Below the pieces are notes generated by a model. The model was not told the origin of the DNA and made no database searches. It saw only the letters and a list, made by a program, of their open reading frames with translations. Shown one piece after another: positions 52,264 through 59,267 of a stretch of DNA of 64,000 nt. Where the stretch lies: IMG/VR virus record IMGVR_UViG_3300033143_006101, positions 186,001-250,000 of that record; one strand, written 5' to 3'. Every line of letters begins with the position of its first letter. Within the stretch, counting starts at the first letter, position 1. The position numbers and the translations under genes were made by a program.

Positions 52264-52554
52264 ATGTTTTACTCTTGGAATAGCTGGACAGGAGAATACG
52301 ACGAACACGATTGTCCTGTTTGGTGGATGTTGAATGATCATATTGGATATTATAGAATCCAACGAACGCAACAAGAAATGACTCGTTGGTACAGAGATTT
52401 AGAAGAACCAGTAAAGCTAAGACAACGGAGAAGTCCAAAAAACTTGAATCCGTGGATCATTGAGACGATCCCTAGTAGATGTTGTTCTAAATCCTGGAAA
52501 GACCTGTATAAAATTCGCAGGCAATGGCAGGCCCCGAAAACTATAGTACGGTGA
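52264..52554 (+). CDS. small basic hypothetical phage protein
   Basis: RBS GGAGG; RTQQE...RRSPKNL...KSWK...RRQW. Confidence 0.6.
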   Translation: MFYSWNSWTGEYDEHDCPVWWMLNDHIGYYRIQRTQQEMTRWYRDLEEPVKLRQRRSPKNLNPWIIETIPSRCCSKSWKDLYKIRRQWQAPKTIVR

Positions 52555-52631
52555 AACCTGTAAGATATTTGACAACTCCGGTCTCATTTTTGTTCAGAAT
52601 GTAACCTCAAGGTTACAAACTGAACACTTTT

Positions 52632-52715
52632 GGTGCAGTTGAGCAGTGTGGTGTGCTTAGCAGGCTGTAAACCTGTGCTCATTTGAGATTAGTGGTTCGA
52701 TTCCACTCTGCACCA
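52632..52715 (+). tRNA. tRNA-Tyr(GUA), bacterial type
   Basis: GGTGCAG/CTGCACC, GCAGG-CTGTAAA-CCTGT, long variable arm, G1-C72, A73. Confidence 0.9.
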
Positions 52716-52794
52716 ATTTTAAAATCTATTTGAATCTTAAAAGTGATTGATAAATTACTACTCTTTAAATAAGAGTTACATAGGAGGTTCGAAT

Positions 52795-53054
52795 ATGAAA
52801 TGTGAAAATTGCAACAACGAGCACGATGGTTCTTATGGTTCTGGTAGATTCTGCTCTGAAAAATGTGCTAGAGGATTTTCTACGACGGTAATTCAAAGAA
52901 TAACAAAGAAGAGAACCTGGAACTAATTTGTCCTAATTGTCATTCCTTGACTGTAAATTATGGTTCTTTAAACATGGGTAATGGTAGAAAATATTATAGG
53001 GATTTAAAAAGAAAACAAGCAGGTGTAGCTCAGATTGGGAGAGCACAAGACTGA
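52795..53054 (+). pseudogene. internally deleted HNH endonuclease
   Basis: N-terminal MKCENC..HDGSYGSGRFCS (stop 52926) joined out of frame at ~52884 to DGNSKNN..ENLELICPNCHS..YG..N.GNGR, which runs into tRNA-Phe. Confidence 0.7.
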
Positions 53055-53092
53055 AAATCTTGGTGTCGTCGGTCCGATTCCGACCATCTGCA
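53019..53092 (+). tRNA. tRNA-Phe(GAA)
   Basis: GCAGGTG/CATCTGC, CAAGA-CTGAAAA-TCTTG; T-loop TCCGATT. Confidence 0.9.
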
Positions 53093-53234
53093 TATAATAG
53101 GACAAAAATCGGGGCATTTTGTCCCGATTTTTGTCCCGATTCAAATAAAATGTAATTTTTTGCAAAAAAAAGTGTAAAATTATGTCTAGTTATACTTTAT
53201 ATAAGTAGGGCATAAAAAGTAAAGGTTATAATAT

Positions 53235-53651
53235 ATGTCGTATAAAAATAAGCAAAGGCAATTAGAATACCAACGAAACTGGATGAGGAAAAGAAGAAAT
53301 ATGTTTTTTTCAGGTAAAGTTTGTGCGAAATGTGGGTCTTCAAAAAAATTGGTATTACATCATATAAATCCAGAAGAAAAAGAAAGTCATTATGTTTGGT
53401 CGTGGTCAGAAAAACGAAGAGAAGCAGAGCTTAAAAAATGTGTTGTTTGGTGCGAAAAGTGTCATATTGAATATCATACAAATAAACGGAGATTAAAAAA
53501 TATACATGGTACACGTACTGGATATAATAAGTATAAATGTCGTTGCGATGCTTGTATACAAGCTAATAGCCTATATCAAAAACAATGGCGTAATCAAAAA
53601 CAATTAGCTGGCGTTGTGTCCGAACTGGTTAGGTCATCGATTGCAACTTGA
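53235..53651 (+). CDS. HNH endonuclease, C-terminus overlaps tRNA-Cys
   Basis: CAKCGS..LVLHHINP...CVVWCEKCHIEYH; HGTRTGY..CRCDAC. Confidence 0.85.
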   Translation: MSYKNKQRQLEYQRNWMRKRRNMFFSGKVCAKCGSSKKLVLHHINPEEKESHYVWSWSEKRREAELKKCVVWCEKCHIEYHTNKRRLKNIHGTRTGYNKYKCRCDACIQANSLYQKQWRNQKQLAGVVSELVRSSIAT

Positions 53652-53681
53652 TATATGCAGGTTCGAATCCTGTCAACGCCT
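53610..53681 (+). tRNA. tRNA-Cys(GCA)
   Basis: GGCGTTG/CAACGCC, ATCGA-TTGCAAC-TTGAT, U73. Confidence 0.9.
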
Positions 53682-53687
53682 AATAAA

Positions 53688-53760
53688 ACTCCCAGAGTTC
53701 GACTGGCTGAACGCCTGTGTTACAAGCAGGTATGTCTTGGTTCAAATCCAAGTGGGAGTA
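53688..53760 (+). tRNA. tRNA-Val(UAC), atypical (G8, G32)
   Basis: ACTCCCA/TGGGAGT, GTTC/GAAC D-stem, CCTGT-GTTACAA-GCAGG, CTTGG-TTCAAAT-CCAAG. Confidence 0.8.
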
Positions 53761-53774
53761 ATAAGGAGAATAAT

Positions 53775-54362
53775 ATGTTTGAATTACAAGATTATTTAAA
53801 AAAATACGAAGATTTTAATGTAATAGATACAGATGCTTATTGTATTACAAAATCTAATATGAAAGATCAATTAAGTCATTGGGGTGCAGAAGAGATTGCT
53901 GAAAGATCATTTATTAATGCTCTTTGGATTACTTGTTCAGAATCCGGAAAGATAATATCATCAGATAATTTTGCAGAAACTGGACTAAAACATTTATTAG
54001 AAGCTGTACAATACGAAGTAGAAAAGAAGAGGAGACTTGTAGATGCTTTTCTTTTTAATAGAGCAATGTTAGGTAACATGAAACATTATGTAAATGCTAT
54101 TGATTTTGATCCTATAACGGACAAGGATAAATTAGTAACGGAGGGTATTTTTGGTAGTTTGTGGGGAGTAAATATAACAATAATTACTACAATACCTCAT
54201 AAAACTATTTTTTCAATAGAAGCTAAAAATACTTTAGGCTATTATCGAGTAGAAGGAGATATATTAGAAATAGGAATTAATCCAGATGCAGTAGCAGTAG
54301 CAACTAAGAAAAAGTATATAAGGTCTAAGTTAGAACCTTTACCTTTAAACCTTGAAGAATAA
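53775..54362 (+). CDS. truncated major capsid protein paralog (195 aa)
   Basis: LEAVQYEVEKKRRLVDAFLFNRAMLGNMKHYVNAIDFDPIT...TEGIFGSLWGVNI aligns by eye with MCP LETLQYEVERHRLLVDKFIMNRAELGDLKKNINAIDYDPIT...TGIFGSIWGVNI; ATG 53775 behind AAGGAG. Confidence 0.8.
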   Translation: MFELQDYLKKYEDFNVIDTDAYCITKSNMKDQLSHWGAEEIAERSFINALWITCSESGKIISSDNFAETGLKHLLEAVQYEVEKKRRLVDAFLFNRAMLGNMKHYVNAIDFDPITDKDKLVTEGIFGSLWGVNITIITTIPHKTIFSIEAKNTLGYYRVEGDILEIGINPDAVAVATKKKYIRSKLEPLPLNLEE

Positions 54363-54363
54363 T

Positions 54364-54436
54364 GGGAGCGTAGCTCAATTGGGAGAGCGTCTGCCTTGCA
54401 CGCAGAAGGTCGCGAGTTCGACTCTCGCCGCCTCCA
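54364..54436 (+). tRNA. tRNA-Ala(UGC)
   Basis: TCTGC-CTTGCAC-GCAGA, G3:U70 wobble, A73. Confidence 0.92.
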
Positions 54437-54716
54437 ATGGATCCATTAAGTTAGATCCCCCTTCTCTACACCAAGAATGCTAAAATATGAGGGGCTATGA
54501 GTAGAGAACGGGTATTAATAGCCCCTCATAAATAAGATGATATGAAGTAATCCACTATCAGGAGGTATACCATGTCATCTTGTAACAAATTATTAACCAC
54601 TGCATTATGGATGATTGCAGGGTGTCTCATAGCGATACTTTTAACCTTGTTCACTTTTATGAACAAGATGGATTTAATACTTCAAACATTAAAAAGTATG
54701 GCTGTTCTTTAAAGAC

Positions 54717-54855
54717 GGGGGAGTGCAGGCCAATGGTTGGCCATCTGATTTTGGGTCAGACAAAGCACTGCATTAAAGCTGTATCAACTTGAACCTTTTA
54801 GGTTCCATAAGAAACCAGCGTACAAGCATATCGGTTCGATTCCGACTCTCCCCCA
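54717..54855 (+). ncRNA. tRNA-like RNA 1 (UUG loop) with 70-nt variable-region insertion
   Basis: GGGGGAG/CTCCCCC, GGCC/GGCC D-stem, TCTGA-TTTTGGG-TCAGA, TCGG-TTCGATT-CCGA; insert 54761-54830. Confidence 0.85.
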
Positions 54856-54857
54856 CA

Positions 54858-55073
54858 TGGCTCAACTGGTATAGCCAATCAGTTAAACGCAGAGATAACA
54901 GGCTCCTTTGAAAAAAACATGAGAGTCTCTGACAAAGGAAAGTTGATCACTAAACCTTGATACAAATCGCATGCGTGTATCTGCCTTCCAGGAAAGACTG
55001 GTTTACCCTATGCTTTCATCGGCATCGCCTTCATCGGCGTGATAGGGGTTGACAGCTCGGAAAGACGGGCAAC
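54858..55073 (+). ncRNA. candidate ~215-nt structured RNA
   Basis: ORF-free, GC-richer; hairpins CCAG-GAAAGA-CTGG, GCTCG-GAAAGA-CGGGC, ACCCTAT/ATAGGGG, CGCC/GGCG, GATAC/GTATC. Confidence 0.55.
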
Positions 55074-55075
55074 AC

Positions 55076-55218
55076 GGCGAAGTAGCCAAGTTGGGTAAAG
55101 GCACTAGAATTGAAATCTAGCTAACAGCAGACTAACTAAATTAACTTGAACTCAGAAGAGTTCCCCATAACTTAGTTTACAAGCAAAATTATCGATGGTT
55201 CGAGTCCATCCTTCGCCA
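55076..55218 (+). ncRNA. tRNA-like RNA 2 (UGA loop, A73) with 73-nt variable-region insertion
   Basis: GGCGAAG/CTTCGCC, CTAGA-ATTGAAA-TCTAG, GATGG-TTCGAGT-CCATC; insert 55121-55193. Confidence 0.85.
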
Positions 55219-55220
55219 AT

Positions 55221-55357
55221 GCCCGAGAAGCTCATGGAGAGCACTTTTTCTACTAAAAAAGAGGTAACAATTCTTTTGGGTTATTTCAACTTGAACTCTT
55301 TAGAGTTCCATCGGAACTAACTTACAAGCATTTGCCGTTCGATTCGGCACTCGGGCT
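55221..55357 (+). ncRNA. tRNA-like RNA 3 (irregular anticodon loop) with 71-nt variable-region insertion
   Basis: GCCCGAG/CTCGGGC, GCTC/GAGC, CTTTT-TCTACTAA-AAAAG, TGCCG-TTCGATT-CGGCA; insert 55262-55332. Confidence 0.85.
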
Positions 55358-55377
55358 CATAAAATTTTAGAGGGTTT

Positions 55378-55761
55378 ATGCCATACAAGGATAAGGAGAA
55401 GCAATCAGAGTATCAGTTGCAATGGATGAAAGCTAGAAGAAATGCTTTCTTTAATGGCAAGTGTTGTAAAAAATGTGGGTCTATGTTTAACTTAGTCTTA
55501 CACCATAAAAACCCAGCCGAGAAAGAAGATCATAGGATATGGTCGTGGTCGGAAGAAAGAAGAAATGCAGAACTTAAAAAATGTGTTGTTTGGTGTTTAT
55601 CATGTCACATAGAACATCATGCTGATAGACTGAGATTAAAAGAAATACACGGCACAAGAACTGGTTATAAGAATTATGGGTGTCGATGTAAAAAATGCAC
55701 ACAAGCAAATACGGTTTACATAAGAAATTGGAATAGAAGAAAAAAAGGGGTATTCGTCTAG
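55378..55761 (+). CDS. HNH endonuclease, paralog of 53235-53651, C-terminus overlaps tRNA-Glu
   Basis: LVLHH.NP, WSWSE.RR.AELKKCVVWC..CH, HGTRTGY...CRC shared with 53235. Confidence 0.85.
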   Translation: MPYKDKEKQSEYQLQWMKARRNAFFNGKCCKKCGSMFNLVLHHKNPAEKEDHRIWSWSEERRNAELKKCVVWCLSCHIEHHADRLRLKEIHGTRTGYKNYGCRCKKCTQANTVYIRNWNRRKKGVFV

Positions 55762-55819
55762 TGGACTAGGACATCGGGTTTTCAATCCGACAACAGGAGT
55801 TCAATTCTCCTATACCCTA
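55747..55819 (+). tRNA. tRNA-Glu(UUC)
   Basis: GGGGTAT/ATACCCT, TCGGG-TTTTCAA-TCCGA. Confidence 0.92.
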
Positions 55820-55832
55820 ATAAGGAGACAAT

Positions 55833-56489
55833 ATGAAACCAAGTGATGCAGGCATAGCAAACTCATTACATTTTACGAGTAAAGATTATCCTGAAGAGGT
55901 GAAGAAGAATTTTCTTACTATCACCTAGGATGGGAAAAGAGGCAGACCAAAGTTTCCTGAAAGGACTTGTTCACGATGTGAAAAGATTACTGAGAGGAAA
56001 AACAAATCCGGGATGTGTCAAAAATGTTTAAAACTTACTAACAAAGAAAGAAGAGAGGAAGAAAAAGCAGCTGAGCCTAAGTATAACTGTAAAGAATGCA
56101 CTGCACCGATTACCAGGCATAGTAAATCAGGATTGTGTCAGACATGTTTTAGTTTAACTCGTACCAAGATGCCAACAGAGGAAGTACTCGAAGAAGATGT
56201 TAAAAAATTAAGCGTAATAGCAATGAGTAAAAAGTATGGGGTATCTGATGCAACCATAAACAAATGGATGAGGCTTTATGGAATAAAAAGAGTACTTTCT
56301 TGGCGTAGGACATTGCCATCCGAAGAACAGCTTAAAAAAGATTTAGTGGATCTGCGGTATGACGATATAGCAAAGAAGTATAACGCAACAAAAAACCAAA
56401 TTAACAAATGGATAAAGCATTACAATCTACAAGGCTATAAAAAGATTTTAAGAATAGAGGGAAAGAAAAACGAAAACAATAAAGGGTGA
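55833..56489 (+). CDS. zinc-finger plus HTH-repeat protein, interrupted by an in-frame TAG at 55926
   Basis: AAGGAG-ATG 55833 is in frame with the tracked 56013 ORF; CSRC/CQKC/CKEC/CQTC; two HTH-like repeats. Confidence 0.55.
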
Positions 56490-56931
56490 TTTAATCAAGT
56501 TAGCATTGGAAGGGCACTTCGATGTTATTATTCATGGATGTAATTGTTATCGTACCATGGGTAAAGGTATTGCAAGTACTATTAAACGAGTTTTTCCTGA
56601 AGCATACACAGCCGATAGAGAAACACGTGCCGGAGCCAGCAAGCTTGGTACTTTTTCTCATGCTACAGTCGTAAGACCAAAGGGAAGAATAACTATTGTA
56701 AATGCATACACACAAGACAGATTTAATCCTAAATACAGTAAAGGAAAAAGCATGGCTGATTACCGGGCAATAACTGATGTAATGAAAAGCATCAAAGTGG
56801 CATTTCACGGATTTAGAATTGGTTATCCTAAAATAGGAGCAGGGCTTGCTCGTGGTGATTGGAATAAAATATCTGAAATTATTGATAGAGAGTTGGAAGG
56901 AGAAGATCACACGTTGGTAGTATTACCATAA
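56470..56931 (+). CDS. macrodomain (ADP-ribose-processing) protein with apparent ACG start
   Basis: KTIKGDLIKLA, IIHGCNCYRTMGKGIA, VNAYTQ, YPKIGAGLARGDW. Confidence 0.8.
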   Translation, partial: TKTIKGDLIKLALEGHFDVIIHGCNCYRTMGKGIASTIKRVFPEAYTADRETRAGASKLGTFSHATVVRPKGRITIVNAYTQDRFNPKYSKGKSMADYRAITDVMKSIKVAFHGFRIGYPKIGAGLARGDWNKISEIIDRELEGEDHTLVVLP

Positions 56932-56936
56932 AATAC

Positions 56937-57011
56937 AGAGGCATAGCATAGTTTGGTCAAATGCAGCGGGTTTTGATCCCGTGATCTCAAGTTCAAATCT
57001 TGATGCCTCTA
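56937..57011 (+). tRNA. tRNA-Gln(UUG), conventional
   Basis: AGAGGCA/TGCCTCT, GCGGG-TTTTGAT-CCCGT. Confidence 0.9.
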
Positions 57012-57630
57012 ATAAAGGAGATAGATGTGGGTGAAGAGCATAAAGATTGTGATTGTGGTGGTGATGAAGATGATTGTGTTTGTGACAATGATGATGATAT
57101 AATTATACTAGATGATGAAGAAGACATAGAGAAAATAAGCACTCCAAGTATAAATAATTTGTTAGAAACAATAATTAAAGAATTACAGACTATGAATACT
57201 AAAATAGAAAAGATTAATAATAAATTAAAAGCATTAAGTGATAGGGTAGACGAAATTTATATGGATGGTTTTTGATATGGGAAATTAAGATGAAACCAAA
57301 TGATGTATTAAAATGGGATCCACATTGGGTTAAATATAGTGACCCCAATAAAGATAGATTAGTCAGTTTAAAAGTAACACATCTTCGGACAGAGACTTCT
57401 GTAGAAGTACGAAATTATGCATCAGGTTTAGATTATACTGTCACAATGGATTTTTTAAAAGATCGATTACATGTACTGACCGATTACACAGATGGAAAAA
57501 GAATGTAAGTGTGGAGCCATGATGCTCCATATAACATTTGCTAACAAAGCAAAGTTAGCAGTATATCATTGCAAGAAGTGTGGAAGAACAGTCACAGAAC
57601 CATTAAATGAAACTATAAAGAGGATATAAT

Positions 57631-58740
57631 ATGAAAGCACCACCAAAGAAAAAAACAACAGGTAAAGGTAAAACAGCAAGTAAAAATGCCCCTAAGAGAA
57701 AACCAGTAGAAAGAGAAGAAATTTCAAAGGTTGAAGAGATATTCTCAGAGGACAATGCTCGTATAAGATTCGGGGTAGAATGTGTACCAGCGATTAAGGT
57801 ACGAATGCAATCAGATCCAAATTCTTTTGCCCATTTGTTTCATAGTTATATATTAGAGCAAGGGCAGATAGGATGCCATAACTTACACCCACCAAGAAAA
57901 ATTCTTTACCTGGAAGATAAACAAGAAGGTCCTGAGAGTTTAGGTACTCGAGTAGATATTAGTAATAAAACTTCAAGGGTTTTTCCCAGTGAATATGTTA
58001 TAGCCATAACTGTGGATATACCCCTATCAGAAATAGCGATTCGTACCAAGATAGACATACTCCATAAAGAGCTTGTTGATACAGCTTCTTCAAAATTAAA
58101 CAGGAATATAGCTACGAATTGGCTCAAGCTTCTTTATGCCTCTGCACTGGTTAATAAAAATATTAAAACTCTAAGAAGCTTCTGGAGGAACATCCCAGTT
58201 ATTCGTTGGAAAGTTCTTTTTAGTTTAATCACTAAAGCGAGAAGTAAAATTCATCAAAGGGGGTACCAGACATTGGTATTTTTAGTTCACCCGGCAACAC
58301 TTGCGGAATTGGAACTATTTCTTGGAGGCCATCTAAGAGTAACTTCAACCAGTTTTCCATATGTTAAACAATCAATATATGTTCCGGAAGGGTTTGTGCT
58401 TATATTTCCCAATGATAGGACTATGGCTGCAAAGAATATACGAATAGATTTGACTGCGTTTGGGGCTAATAAGTTTGTTATGGGATCAGCTACCTTTGGG
58501 TTTATGTTTGTACAGTCTGAGTCCTCTGTTATTCTTGATCCCGAATCCGTAGTTTGTATTAGAATGAGTAATTTTAAAATTCCTGGTTATCTAAAAGAAA
58601 TTAAGTCTTATCTGATGCCTACGGTTTTTTCTAAGCTAAAAGAGAAAAGCATAAAGCTGTGGGGAAAAGTTAAGAAGTTAAAGAATAAGATAATGAATAG
58701 GATAAAGAAGTTTAGGAAGAAAAATGCTGGAATCGCATAG
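57631..58740 (+). CDS. divergent near-full-length major capsid protein paralog with basic termini
   Basis: RIRFGVECVPAI vs MCP RLRFGAEMIPLI; RVFPSEY vs RIFPPEF; IRIDLT...FGFMFV...DPESV vs IRVDLT...YGWLFV...NPRSV. Confidence 0.8.
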   Translation: MKAPPKKKTTGKGKTASKNAPKRKPVEREEISKVEEIFSEDNARIRFGVECVPAIKVRMQSDPNSFAHLFHSYILEQGQIGCHNLHPPRKILYLEDKQEGPESLGTRVDISNKTSRVFPSEYVIAITVDIPLSEIAIRTKIDILHKELVDTASSKLNRNIATNWLKLLYASALVNKNIKTLRSFWRNIPVIRWKVLFSLITKARSKIHQRGYQTLVFLVHPATLAELELFLGGHLRVTSTSFPYVKQSIYVPEGFVLIFPNDRTMAAKNIRIDLTAFGANKFVMGSATFGFMFVQSESSVILDPESVVCIRMSNFKIPGYLKEIKSYLMPTVFSKLKEKSIKLWGKVKKLKNKIMNRIKKFRKKNAGIA

Positions 58741-58809
58741 AGGTCGAGTGCACCTGCCTTGTAAGCAGGAGGGTAAACCCCCGCGTCAGTTCAAATCTGA
58801 CTTCCAGCT
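58726..58809 (+). tRNA. tRNA-Thr(UGU) with long variable arm
   Basis: GCTGGAA/TTCCAGC, CCTGC-CTTGTAA-GCAGG, 15-nt variable region with GGG-TAAA-CCC, U73. Confidence 0.85.
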
Positions 58810-58811
58810 CA

Positions 58812-59260
58812 TAAAGCAAAATGCAGATACTGCTTTAGGAAGTTAGAGATACTTCTAAAAAACTCCGTACATACTACGATAGTGTATGGGTGCTCTTTCT
58901 GCTGAGATCCTTATGGGAGTAGAATCACTAGGAGGCGAGACTGGTGAAAAACTAAAAACCGCCAGAAGACTAAAAATGCTGCATCGTTTTTAGTCTGAGG
59001 TGCTTGATGGCGAAAGTTAGACGCTGAGTAAGGGCGGAAACGTCAAGAAAGCCGAGGTTGTGATATTAGCAACGAGCATATGGGTATCAAATCCCATTCA
59101 AGCACATCTCTGTTCGGATCGTTGGTCACTGTTTGGGTAGAATCCTTCTGAGATACCGTAATTCGATCTTTATGCCCAACATTGTGCATGCAGAGTAATC
59201 CTCGGACCGAATGTACCCCTTAAGGAAGGAGCTAAGGTTTGGGGTATTTAATTGAAGGTA
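58812..59260 (+). ncRNA. candidate large structured RNA A with embedded tRNA-like module
   Basis: ~450 nt without a long ORF; AAAGCA/TGCTTT, AGACTAAAAA/TTTTTAGTCT, GTGCTTGA/TCAAGCAC, ATGGG/CCCAT, TACCCC/GGGGTA. Confidence 0.6.
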
Positions 59261-59267
59261 TAATTAA

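Noticed and set aside
54761-55332. Inserts as group I introns, BHB introns, twister, pistol or HDV/theta ribozymes, or preQ1 riboswitches
   Set aside because: Too short for group I and no shared P7 or terminal G; no bulge-helix-bulge; UACAAGC is not enclosed by a twister P4; no HDV P1.1/P4/J4-2 arrangement; only superficial CUUG/CAAGCA similarity to preQ1-II
51125-57027. Tracked ORF starts at 51125, 51504, 53614, 53655 and 57000
   Set aside because: They run through tRNA genes; better starts with RBS lie downstream (53775, 57027) or the frames are spurious
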